Shown piece by piece: positions 51,240 through 63,650 of a stretch of 64,000 nt of DNA. The notes under the pieces were generated by a model. It made no database searches. It was not told the DNA's origin and saw nothing but the letters and a program-made list of their open reading frames with translations. Source of the DNA: Camelus dromedarius (taxonomy: Eukaryota); the NCBI RefSeq assembly GCF_036321535.1, contig NC_087437.1, positions 49,416,001 to 49,480,000 of the forward strand, read 5' to 3'. A program made the translations under genes and the position numbers. Within the stretch, counting starts at the first letter, position 1; every line of letters begins with the position of its first letter.

Positions 51240-52340
51240 GAACATTTCTGGTTGCTATTGACTTACCTCATTTTTTAAACTCTTTCCTTTCTTGGTCCCC
51301 ATAACCCTTCACAATTCTGATACTCCTTTAATCTTATTGATAAGTCTGTCTCTGTCTCCCTTTATGGGCTTATCTTCTTGCATTTAAGCATTCAGGTTTT
51401 GTCCACAGTTCTCTTCTCTCACCACCCTCTCTCTCTTTTTGAGACCATATTCCCTGCAGAGCTTCCATTATCATTACAATACAAATGATTCCAAGATCTC
51501 TATCTCTAGTTCTGACCTCTCTCCCAAGATCCTCATTTTCATTTACTCCGATAGCTGTCTTCAACCTAAACAAATGAACAACAATTCAAATACAACAGGG
51601 TCAAAACCAAATTAATATCTTTCCCACTAAACTAGTTTCTCCATCTGACTTTTCTCTTTCTACTCCTAATACCGTCATTCTCCTTGTCTTCCCAGCTCAA
51701 AATCTGGTGCCATACTTGATTCCCTTTTATTGCTTTCCATCACTCCTGTTTAGGGCAAATTTTAGCAGCTCCTATAGCTACAGTATTCATCCAGCACTCA
51801 TCTCCTTGTTTCGGCCACCACAGCCAAAATCCAATATGAGACTCCTATCCTAGAATCTCACGCCTTCCCAACTCAGCTCCCCACTGCTAGTGTTCCCTCC
51901 CCTCACACCTAGCCATCCAACAGATGGACAGCCTAATCTTCCTTTAAAAAAAACACATTTCTATTTTCTAAATTAAAAAGTAATTGGTCTGTATTCCCTG
52001 AACTGAAGTATAAATTTCATAGTTTGTATCTAAATATCTCCACTATATGACCTTAAACCAACACAAGCCTTCATCCCAATGCTTCCTCCATGCTCCTGTC
52101 TGGAGTCTTAGCACATGCTATTGTCGCTGCTTATAAAGTCTTCCTCACATCTCCACTGGTTTAAATCCTTCAAGATCCAGTTTAAATGCTACTTCCCTAA
52201 TGTGCCTCCCTTGAGACATTAATCATATTCTGCCTAAAAGTTCCCTGAGGGCAGGGACTATTTCTTAATCATTTTTGTTTACTTCACAGCACCCATATAA
52301 CACCTTGACAATATTGATAGTCAATAAATAGTCAATTAAT
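51240..52340 (+). mobile_element. L2 LINE fragment of about 1.1 kb including the 3' end
   Basis: caaatgattccaagatctctatctctagttctgacctctctcc...aagttccctgagggcagggacta...caataaatag...aatgaatgaat. Confidence 0.85.
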
Positions 52341-52679
52341 TATTGACTTAATGAATGAATCAGAATCATCAGAAAGAAAAATCCAAGTTTTCCTTCCTTT
52401 AACAAAGATTTAGGAACCATTTGCTTTTTTGTTTTTTTAAAATAGCTTTTTTTTTCTTTTTAAATGCGTGCCCACTCATATTCTGTAACAGCTGTTTATT
52501 TTAAATGTTTAAAAGATTATAAATCCTACAAACTACATACAGGAGGAAAAGTCCAACATAAGGTATGATTGATCACAATGTGACCCATAAATGTTGTATG
52601 ATCTCTAATCAAAAATAAGTGTGACTTTGGCACAAGCCAATCTTCCTTTAAAGAAAGAACAGAATAAGAACTCTGGGCT

Positions 52680-53277
52680 TCCACTGTATGGAGGTTTCTC
52701 AACAAACTAAAAATAGAACTACCATATGATCCAGCAATTCCACTTCTAGGTATATACCCAAAAAGACAAAAACATTAATTTGAAAAGATACATGCACCCC
52801 AATGTTCATAGCAGCATTATTTACAATTGCCAAGATATAGAAGCAACCTAAGTGTCCAGCAACAGATGAATGGATAAAAAAAGATGTGATACACATACAC
52901 ACACACATACACACTGGAATACTACTCAGCTATAAAAAAAAGAATGCAATTTTGCCATCTGCAGCAACATGGAAGGACTTGGAGAGTATTATGCTAAGTG
53001 AAATAAGTCAGAGAAAGAAAAATACTGTATGATATCACTTATATGTGGAATCTTAAAAAAAAAAATGGTGAATATAACCAAAAAGAACCAGACTCACAGG
53101 TATAGAGAACAAGCTAGTGGCCACCAGTGGGGAGTGGGGGAGGGGCAATATAGGAGTGGGGAAGTGGGAGGCACAAATTACTGGATGTAAGATAGGCCCA
53201 ACGATGTACTGTACAACACAAGGAATACAATCAAGATTTTGTAATAACTGTAAACGGAAAGTAATCTTAAAAAAAAA
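52680..53277 (+). mobile_element. 5'-truncated L1 with TSD
   Basis: aaaatagaactaccatatgatccagcaattccacttctagg...; perfect 12-bp TSD core gaactctgggct at 52668-52679 and 53280-53291. Confidence 0.95.
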
Positions 53278-54219
53278 AGGAACTCTGGGCTCTTAACTGC
53301 AAGACTTTATGTGGTTATGTCCTCTTTAGTGACACTATTATCCAAACCTATTTGAATGGAATTATCTTAATTGTAGTTTTGCAGATAATCAGTGCAAATA
53401 AAAAATAACTATGGTACATCTGGCTGTCTGAAGTTGAATGTACTGAGTGACCAGCTCATCTTAAAAGCTAAGCTGTGAAGTATTATATGGTATATAAAAT
53501 AAAGTAAAAACTTGTGGTTTCAAAGATAGAGTGACACAAGTGACTGAATAATCTGTATACTACTTTAGTGTATAGAAAAGATTGACCATCTTCCTGCCTT
53601 CACTCCTTCCTTCCTTCCTAAACCTTTCCTATGTGCCAATCATTATGGTAGGCACTGCGATATCAACCAGGATAAAGACATGAACCCTTCTTTAAAGGAG
53701 AGACAGAATTATAAACAAATGGTGGGAAAATAATTTAAATGTAAAGTTTGTGCCAAGCATAGCGGCAACACAGAAAAAGAAAAAAAAAAAAAGATTGCTA
53801 CAAGCAGTTTTATCCTTGAGAGCCTTCGTTAATCTAGTTTTCTATAACTTATTAAATATCACCCACCAAACAAAGCCAGGGAAAAAAGAACATACTGTAA
53901 GACTTAAGTATTTAAATAATGGATAACAGCTACATTACTTAGAAAACTTCAGTTCATTCTGCCAACATGATGAGATCACTGATCTCAGAGTTGAAGAAAA
54001 AGCATATAGCATTGCAGGGTCTGAAAAGATCATACAATTTTAAGTATTTAAAAATGAGGGCTAGTCATTATTATTTTCTGTAGTCAGGCGGGAAGAGTTG
54101 TTTACTTCATATTTTAACAGCATACTTACCTACCTTAGATTTCTTATCTCTGAGTTAAACAAATCCTTTCAATTTCAAGCAAGACCATAAAGCATTATTT
54201 CTCAAAATACATATTTAAT

Positions 54220-54365
54220 TAATTGCTTATTTACCTGTATTTTTTCCTCACTAGACCTGAGCTGCTTCTAGAACAGAGACTATTTCCTATTCATCTTTAC
54301 ATCTAATGCCCAAGCACAATTCCTGGCACATAGTAGACAATAAATACTTGTTAAATGAAAAATGT
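54220..54365 (+). mobile_element. L2 LINE 3' end
   Basis: cactagacctgagctgcttctagaacagagac...gcacaattcctggcacatagtagacaataaatacttgttaaatgaa. Confidence 0.85.
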
Positions 54366-54553
54366 AAATACAGACCTTTAGATCCTTTCTAATTCACAAT
54401 ATTTAGGTTTTTTAGTGTTCATCATTTGCATCTTTCTCTTATCCTCATTCTATTGATAAAAACAAGGAGGGGATTTCCAAACAACCTAATTTATGGTGTA
54501 TCAGTGTTTCAACAAACTAAAGCCTTGAGACTTACCAGGGAACTTTCATTCTC

Positions 54554-54664
54554 AAAAAAAAAAAAAAAAAAGAAAGAAAGAAAGAAAGAAAAAAGAAAAA
54601 AGAAAGGGAGGGAGGGTGGGAGGGGGAGAAGATAAGAGGGAGGGAGAAAAAAAGAAAAAAGAAA
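54554..54664. repeat. Polypurine tract: A-run, (GAAA)n, (GGGA)n
   Basis: Read directly from the sequence. Confidence 0.95.
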
Positions 54665-55811
54665 CCTATTTATATTTCAACTCAAAAGTGTACACTTCCT
54701 GAAGATGTTCCCCTTAATGGGTATCTATGAGATACCCTGAGCAAATAGAAAACTGCAAACATGGCTCTAAACTTCATTTAAAATGACTGTGTTTATTATT
54801 TTTATTTCTATCCTCACTTTTCCTGTAGTTGCTGTGAATGGCTTGGAACATGCAAAATATGCTAAGCAAGAAAGAGCCTGTACCTGAAGAGTTAGCAGTT
54901 GAAAGGCACAAAGAGGTACAATGGATTTAAAAGCCTCTTGAAGAACAGCCTTTTGCTGCATAGATGCCACGCAAGACAGTATGTGGCAGGAAAAGAGTTG
55001 GGGAAACTGCTTTAAAAACCTATTAACTAGGAATGTGAAAAAATAGGGAACAATCGGGAAAGGAGGGAGGTGCTCACTGCTTAAAAGGCTTTTAAATGTG
55101 ACCATATTTTTGTTGGCTTTTTGCCTGCAACATAAAATGAGGATGGTGTACTGAATGGCTCGATGGCTGCTGAAGGTGGAATGAATGGAAGCAAGACTAG
55201 GAAGTCAAGGCTGAATTCTGAGATGCCACTCTGGCCCATGTGCAGCTGTCGAGACAACTCTCAGCAACGGTTCAGTGCAGTAAACACAAAATTCAGTCAG
55301 CCTGCTCAGCCACCCTTCCATTCTTGTCTTTTTTGTGATCCCATAAATATTTGCCTATGTGGTCTTTGCTGCAGATATTAAGGAGTTAATAAATTAGCCA
55401 GGCAAACAGGCAGGAATCAAGAAAAGCCACAGAACTTAGAATTGAACAGCTGACAGCAGATTCTGCAGGTGCGAGATGGGAATCGGCTCTGCATTTTCCA
55501 TGTCGCACAATTTTCTCTGTCTGGGCTGTGGCCTGATTTTCTGGCCCCTTCAGGACAAGCTGAATCATAAGGGAGAGAATCCCAGAGGGTTTTGCTCTCT
55601 GATCTTATGAACTCTAACTTCTTTAAAAAAGGAAGCAATCTCCTATATTTAGACTGGTAATATTATACGTTGTCAGTGGCCTTGTAAGATTTTAGTTTTA
55701 TGTTAGGAGGAAAAAATACTCCAGATGCCTACTTAAATAAGAAATGGTGAGTTAAACTGCACAGCACAATGAATCACCCACTTGCAACTTGAGTATCAAG
55801 GGTCAGCCGGA

Positions 55812-55897
55812 GTGTGTGTGTGGGGGGGGGGGGGAGGGAGAGGGGGAGAGAGAGACAGAGAGAGAGAGAGAGGGAGGGAGAGAGAGAGAGAAAGGGG
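55812..55897. repeat. Compound (GT)n - G-run - (GA)n repeat
   Basis: Read directly from the sequence. Confidence 0.95.
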
Positions 55898-57039
55898 CTC
55901 ACTACTGGCATTAAACATGTAAGTACCACAGCAGATAACAGAGGTCATAACGGAGTAGGTGAAAAGGAGAGAAATGGACTGCATTGAAGTGCACATTTCT
56001 AAATACTAGTTATATTCTTCTAATCATTCCATTTCCTGGTAATGGACATTCAAGGCTAAACTCCACACTATGGCAGTTCTTCCAAATCTTTCTGAGTTAC
56101 AGTGGTAAAAATACTAATTATATAACACTTGAAGTGTTTAATATAATCCCTTGATTAACAAAACATTCCAGTGTTTCTTCTGTAAAGGGCATTGGGGTGG
56201 CTACAAGAGTGATAGTGACTGATTAGATTGATAACAGAGAAATTAATTTGATTTTTCTTAACACTAGTGAATATGGCCTACACATCCAAACCCCTTTGGT
56301 TAAACTCATCATAAGGTATGTATTTGGAATAAGGATAGAAAAACTCAAAGATCTGAGGCTTTTTTCTAGACAGACTCCAGGACAGGTAAATGCCTTCAGT
56401 TATAGAAGCTGGCGCCTACCATTAAATCTCATTTTGGAACTTCTCTTTCTCTAAGGCCTACCTACCATATGTTCCTAAAATCCTATGTTTCTAATGTCTG
56501 CTTCTAAAACAGAAGACCTTATGAGTTAGACTATAAAAGATTCAGAAACACCGCCCCTAGAGAGCTCTGAAAAAGTTTCCCCAATCCAAAAATATATTCC
56601 GGGGTTTTTGTGTGTGAAGGTCTGAAATTTCATCATTAGAGATTTTAATATTTAGCGTAAGTCTTTGTCCCTTCATGATAAATTCAATTTCAAAACAATA
56701 AAATTAAACAAACATAAAAATCCAAAAATATGTGTACTATAAATGTAATTTTTAATTATCTGTAAGCCAAGGATCAGACAGGAATATAGAGAAGTTATTT
56801 ACAGTGTTAGGATGGTTGTATTATAGAGTACATTTTTCCTTTTAAATTTTCCCTTTAATATGTTTATATAAATGTCAGTCAGGAAAAAAGTATCACTTTT
56901 AAAGACTCTGATTCTGCTTGACTGCTGTATCTCTCTGTTAGTACCTAAAAAATAACATAAAACCTAAAAATAAAAAATAAAGGATTACTCTCAGTGATAT
57001 ATAACTAGATGTGGAGAGAAAAACATAAAACTCAAGAAA

Positions 57040-57400
57040 TATTCATTTAGGAGTTAATGTGTATTTATCATAGGGAAGGCACTTTGTTGGGTGATAGAGA
57101 GGATACAAAAATGACCAAGATCTGTGTCCACTTCTCCTTCAAAGAGCTTCCAGCATAAAGCTAGTAACTTTGAAGAAAGAACACAATGTAATTATCAGTC
57201 ATTAGTACATTAGGGTGAACCCATTTATTAGCCATTTGTTCCAGACGTTGAAGAGTGGAAAGATGGGGCAAGCCTCGGACACTACCTAGGGAAGATCTGC
57301 CTAGATCAAGACACTTAATGAAGAAAGATGAGGGCAGTGGGCACAAGCCGGGAGAGGCAACAGCACAAAAGAGGGAAGAAGATGAGAGAATGCAGACTGC
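57040..57400 (-). mobile_element. L2 LINE fragment
   Basis: attcatttaggagttaatgtgtatttatcatagggaaggcactttgttgggtg...gatacaaaaatgaccaagatctgtgtcc. Confidence 0.55.
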
Positions 57401-57849
57401 AAACGTGTCTATTTCAGCAGGTCGATCAGAGTTAGCTCTGATTCCTAGCAAATAATTTTCAACATATAAAATGGATCCTAACAAAGTATTATTCCTATCA
57501 ATAAAGGAGTGCCAAGTAATCAAGGAGGAATATTTAAACACAAATATATCTTCATATTCACAATATAAACTCTGAAATAGCATGTATTTGCTTACAAATC
57601 ACAACTGTAGTGAGGATTGTTTTTAGCCAGTCATTCCTGAAGCTCACTCTGGTATCTGACATTGCAGATATCCTTGTTATATTATTCTGTCCTGAACGTT
57701 TAAAACTTGATGGAAAAAAAGTAAAGCTCTTAAGGAGTTAAATTCATCATTAAAAATAAAGCATTTTCTAAGTTGTATGGGAAATGGGTTACTTTCTCTT
57801 CTCCCCCCTTTCCTAGATGTCAAAATACATTGATTTTTTTCCTCACTGG

Positions 57850-58252
57850 TAAAGAAATACAGCGTTGAGAAGTATAAAATGAACGCACTTTAACAGACTT
57901 CAAAACGGTACTACTATTATTTTTAAATGTTTCTCCTGCCAAGACTAATTTCTCACAGCTGATCAGTCTCCTTAGGAAGTGCTGACACTCACAGGCCCTA
58001 CATTTTATTTGGTCCCTAATACTCCATTTGGTAGTCAATATCCTCTTGCTCTTCTCTCAAACCGCACAGTCTTAGTCTCAGTAAGTATCTATCACATTTC
58101 TCTTTTTCTTTAGCCATCTTACTTTTAATCTTTTCTTTTGGACCAAGTTGTCTGCCTTTTACATCTATACTTATTTGCTCCTTCTCCACATTTGACCCTC
58201 TCAAAACCTTTAGATTATGAATGTTGACATCTGTGATTATTTTTATTGCCAT
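57850..58252 (-). pseudogene. Possible ancient L1-type ORF1 (HAL1/L1M-like) relic containing a 78-aa ORF
   Basis: Lys/Glu-rich coiled-coil-like stretch followed by DRYLLRLRLCGLREE, which resembles the ORF1p DRxRRNNLRxxGLPE motif; similarity judged by eye only. Confidence 0.35.
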
Positions 58253-61200
58253 GGTAGCCTCCCATTAATAAAATTTCTGCCCTCCATAAAATTGTTCTAA
58301 GCAAGCATAGTTTTAAGCATCCACAACTATTGTCCAAACAGAGATTTACCTCATTTGATTCTTCGTGTGTTCAATCAAATGTGTTCAAGAATATGATTTC
58401 CTACTCCTATTCTTACTCAGTATTTTCTGTGAGTCTTCTTTATTTTGCCTTTCTATTGCAACATGGAAACTTCAACTATCTGTGGTCTAGTTTAAACTGT
58501 ACCTGGGATGGTGATAATGACCTTCTGACCCTACAGTTCTCCCTGGCTGTGGGTAGAATTGATAGCACTTTTTCAATTTCTCCCTTGTCTTTGCTTGAAC
58601 ATACTGGAATTACAACCTCTGACAAAGGCAACATCCCTTTTGTAGTGGAAACAAAAGGAGTGTGTAATGAATTGGTTAAGATTACATTGCATGTTTAGAT
58701 GATGAAATCAAACTGCAGCTCAATTCCTTTATTTTCTCTAGCTGGGCCTGATCTTTCAATAAGACATTATTGACTGGCATCTTCCCCAGAACAGGTGCTT
58801 TGGAATACAGTCTTGCTGCTTCGAGTTCTTTAGACTGAAAAACAACTATAGTATGGGTCAAGGGAATCAGTTACGAGACAATAATGCCCAGTATCTTAGA
58901 ATAAGCACCGTACATGATCCATATCCTGGGGGCACTAAAAGAATGAAGGGTCCTTGGATTTACATGATGTGCTAACACTTTCAAATCAACTTTAGTAACT
59001 AAGATAGTAAGATGTGAATTATGGTTTTATACGCCATTTCTCTGCAAAATTCTAGGACCCAAAGGATCAAGGAGAGGGGAGGAAGACAACTATTTATAAT
59101 TCATAATACAAATTTTGCTATACTGACATTATAAAATGACTTATTAATCTTTATGAATATGGAATCTATTAATGCTACAATTGTGTGTTATTAACAAACT
59201 CTATCCTCTTATCACAAAACATATCACCTTTGGTTGCTCTGAATAGCAAATTATTGGCCTCTTTCTATCCTCCTTCTTACTGTACTTTTGCCTTTTCAAA
59301 AAAAGTCACTTAGAATTTTTGCTTCTCAAAATGGCATAATACCAATATTGGCTGGAGAAAATATTTAAAATGTGTGTTTTTCAAAGAATGATCAGATCAG
59401 TTATTCATCCTTTAGAGAAAAATGATTATATTCATCTCAATTATTTTTGCCAAGGACTATAACACTAATTTTACTCTTTCTAGAAATTAAAAATAGCAAA
59501 CAGTTTATATAAGGTGTTGATAATTACCTATATTATTGTACTGCTGTGACAGATGTTGGCAAAAAAGCCTAAAATGCCTACAGCTGTGCACTCCATGACA
59601 TCTAGTTTATACTCAGACAGAAGGCTAACAGATGTTCTGAACTGTCACTTTGCCTAAATGTTTTTAAAAGTCTAAGGACTTGCTTTATAATTCACCAGGG
59701 TCTGGTTTGGTTTCACATAGGCCCTCAGAATTCCCATCTGTGACAATTAATGTTAAAGACATTGATAAATCAACCCATGTGTTTTCCCTCTTCTTTAACA
59801 AACAGGCATCAGTTTATGTATATACGGATTGCGGACTGTAAAAGCTGTTTTTATGTACATCCTAGTTGTGAAATTCTTTTCTTAAATATAGATAGAATTG
59901 GGCTACCAGAATTCATGAAGCTGTCTTGAGCTGGATGTATGGAAAGAGCCAAGAAATCACCCATTCTTTTCGCTAAATTTCATGGACCTTGGAAGTAAAA
60001 TGCTAACAATTTTCAAGGACAGTTATATTTTTCCTAGTGCATGAAAACTTATTTTGTTATTTTTATTCAGTATTTTAATAACTCTGCTCATAACAGTAAC
60101 TATTAATTGTGCAGCCTGTTAGGATAATGAAAGAACAAAATAAATGGCATTCACAAAGCATACAGCACATCTTCTGCTTGACACCCTAATACTTCCTCTT
60201 CCCAAACATACCTTCAGATCCTTCATACAGAATTACTGCCCCGTGCAAAGGTCATCAATGCCTTATTTGCTGTTGCTCTTAATTTTAACAAGCTGGATTC
60301 CTGTAGTACACTTGCTTAATAGTTTAAACATTCTGTTAACAATCAGGTGTTTGGCCTATCCTGTTTCTCCTCCATTCTGTATAGAAATATAACTCCAAAT
60401 AGTACATCTTTCTGGGTTTGTTTCTAAATTAGTCCCCACACTTAATTATGAGGATGAGAGGGATGCCTTATTCCTCTTTGTTATAGGCTAAGCTCTCAGT
60501 AATCCCAAACAAAAGAGCCAGTTCTGGAAGATATAGGATTTGCTAGCAGGATTATGGTCTCATAGATAATGATGTGCAGTCAGCAGAAGCGAAGCTTTAT
60601 TTTAATTCAAATAAGCTAGTAAACAAACCACTGACAAGTCTGCTGGTGAGAGTAACTGGCTGCTGTTGCCACATTGGCAGCTAAATTATAGAAAATCTAT
60701 TATACCCTGTTCACCATATGTTTAATTTAATACAAGATACAAATTAAACTGTCCACAGTGCCTATTAAAATAACAATACTTTTTTTTATATTTGAATGTC
60801 TTAAAATAATTTCTACTGACCTTCTAAAGGGTGGTTTTGATATAGGTGATTATCTGGGGGGGAAAGGTAGTTAATAGAAGGCAAAAAAAATTAATTGCCT
60901 TTCTGAGAAAATAAAAATATAAATGTTCACTGGTTTGCAGTTGTTAATAAGGTTAATTAGCAATCATGTGTTCTGTTATTACTATATTTCCCTCCCACCC
61001 TTTTGGTTTCTGAGGCTGGAGTTTTAAGAGTGATACTCAGTTTGACCTATGTGAGTATATCCTCATGAAATCATTACCTTGATCAAGCCAGCGGATGGGT
61101 GGGCTTAAACCTGATGCCAATTGAGATCTAACTTCAGAAAATTGAGTTTAAACAGCAAGTTCAACTTTGGTATTGCACAAGAAAAAGACATAAACCTTTA

Positions 61201-61409
61201 TATCTTTGCCTCAAATCAATCTCTTCATAGCCAAAAGATCCTAAGGAGAGCCAGAATGAAGAAGCTGCCTTCCAGAGAAAGGAGAAAAAAAAAAAAAAAA
61301 AAGACAAGACCACACACTGTTCACAATCAGTTTCCTCCTGTACCAACAACAGACAGTAACCAATGATGCTTGCTGGAATCTATCTGGACTCAGTCTACCA
61401 GGTTCTGAA

Positions 61410-61630
61410 GAGCAGGCTGGGTTTTAGAATGATAGAGCTAGATTTCAACCCAGATCTACTCTTCCCAGCTGTGTAACCACAGACATTTAACCCAGCTGAA
61501 TCTTCCTTACTCTGTTTTAAAAAAAAGGGGGGGGGGGTGGGATAATTCCAATTTTATAAGATTATTATGAGAATTAAAGAAGAGAAAGTATCTGGTACAT
61601 AATAGATGGTCATTAAAGGTTAGTTCTTTT
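61410..61630 (+). mobile_element. MIR SINE
   Basis: gatttcaacccagatctactcttcccagctgtgtaacc...gggataat...gagaattaaa...tctggtacataatagatggtcattaaa. Confidence 0.8.
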
Positions 61631-62309
61631 CCTCTTATTACCCTCAAGCAAAGAGAATGTTGCTCTTTTTTTCAAGGGTAAAGAGAGAATGTTAGGAGAA
61701 GATATTGGAAGGGGAGGTGTAAACAGACATTCTCCTTAGAATCAGTTTCCTTGGGTCATTAACTCCTTTCCACAGGCAAAACCTTCAATGTCATGCTCCT
61801 TTTCTTCCAAAATTCACCACAATTTTTACTCTTTAAGAATGTATTAGTAAGCCACCCATACCAACTGCCCATCCCTGGGCCTCTGAAAACGAGAAACAGA
61901 ATAATCACCAGACTTTGGGATATCTTTTCAAACTTTCATGGCACTGGTAAGAATACGCCAAAGGGACGTAAGACAAATACGCCATGGTCTCTTCCCCTCA
62001 CTCCACCACCCTGTTACTCAGAGGTTGAAAGACCAAAGACATTTCCATTTATTGAAACTCTAAAATGTTAATAAAGTAAGAAATTGGGGATGGGAGGGAG
62101 TCACAAAATGTGTGGTCTATTATAAATGTTTGACACTTTAAATTTAATACTGTTAACACATAAACACAAAACAGATGATTGCATGTGTAATTTCATTTCA
62201 TATAGAACAAGAAAACTTTAAGGAGGCCATTGATAAATGCTACCCAGAGGCCTTACTCCTGCCTCCAACTTTCCTCTTAACTCTAAAAACACACCCTTCT
62301 TAGTCCCTG

Positions 62310-63650
62310 CTGCCGGTCTCCGCATAAAACAAAGATGGGGCGGGCGGAGGTAGGGGGTGCACCTCAGAGAGTTCCAGAAGTGTGAACGCGGGTGGGAAGG
62401 AAGACCATGACGGTACGTGGCCATTAAGAAAGCAGGCCGCCTTCGAGCCTGCACTCCCCTCTTTGCCACCTCGGCTTCCCGGGTCGTGGCCACTGCCCGG
62501 CGAGCCGCCGCCTCAGAGAGGAGCCGCCCTCCGTTCCCGACTTTCCGCCCGCGCACCCCCGGAGTTGCCCGCGGCCCAGTCCTGCGGGAGGACGCCCGCC
62601 TCCCCTCGCTCCCAGGGCTGTGCCGGGCTCCCGTCTCCGCACGCGGCGCACTGGGCAACGAACCAAACCGGCCACACTGTGCGCTCGCGGGGACCAGCGG
62701 GTCCCAACACCCTTAGTCTAGAGTCAGAGGGACCTGCCCCCGGCTCGCAGGTCGCCCAGCGTGGGGAAGGGCCGCCCGGAACCCAGGCTTCCACTCACTC
62801 GGCCGGCGCCGCCAGTCCCTCGGCGGAGGGCCTCCGCCTTCCCTCTCGCAGCCGGAGCCAGAGTCTGAGCCGGGCCCGCAGCCGGCGCCGCGCCGGGACG
62901 TGCGTGCCGAGAGCGCGGGAAACGCGGCGGCGCGCGAGGGCCGCGGGGCGGGCCGCGCGCCGCGGCTCCGGAGCCCGGGGAGCCGAGCCCGACTGGCCGA
63001 GGCTTTGCTTTCCGACGCAAGCGAGATCGCGCGAGACGGGCCCGTCCCGCAGGGCCCCGCCAACCTGGCAGGCAGGCCCGACCCAGGAAGACTCGTGCAC
63101 CCGCGGCCCCACTGCCCTCGGGTTTCCGCTGACCCAGCAAAGGAGGGGAGAGGAGCGAGGGCCGAGGCTACAAGAGTTTATTCTAGAAGTTTAGTCTAGA
63201 GGCTCTGAAAAATGAGGTTCCCAGGCTGTTCACACACTCGCGCGCACTCTCAGGTCAGGTTTTAGAATCTAAAGAGCTTGGATTTAAACCACGTCCCTCC
63301 CCGGGAGGCGTCGGGCGGAGGGGTCTGCCCGGCCGCGCTCCCCCGTCATTTTAAGTGCGCATCAAGTGGCGGGGTTGTGTTGAGTTCTTTTGAGTAGTAA
63401 TTGCATCGTTTTGGGCGAGTTGACGGGAGCAGCACGTTCAGAGTCCCGTGGTATATTTGATGGCGCTCGCAGCCATACCCTTCGCAGGCTGGAGAAGCTG
63501 TCGCCCTCCGACCTGGCGCGGGCCGCTCCTATCCGAGCCCTGCTTGCCGGCAGTCGGCTGGATCCCCGGGATCCAGCCCGCGCCGGAGGCCGTCGGAGTC
63601 CGAGTTATTTCCGTGTGAAGAAGGTAGAAAGGCCAGTTAGGGAATGACGA
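62310..63650. promoter_or_regulatory. CpG island / promoter
   Basis: Abrupt shift to very high GC and CpG density; GC boxes ggggcggg near 62337 and 62945; tcgcgcgaga near 63027 resembles the TCTCGCGAGA (BANP-type) motif. Confidence 0.92.
62799..62930 (-). other. Candidate non-coding first exon of a minus-strand transcript
   Basis: Consensus donor GGCCGA|gtgagt (plus-strand actcac at 62793-62798) in the island core; no ATG in the exon; 5' boundary approximate. Confidence 0.6.

Noticed and set aside
54829..54930. Plus-strand exon-like segment (ttttcctgtag...MQNMLSKKEPVPEELAVERHKE)
   Set aside because: The donor is weak (gtacaa), the segment is isolated with no partner exons, and the product is not recognisable
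62218..63199. Long overlapping ORFs (up to 270 aa) in the CpG island
   Set aside because: They are Ala/Arg/Pro/Gly-rich, occur in all frames on both strands and have no recognisable domain; this is expected from stop-codon scarcity in GC-rich DNA
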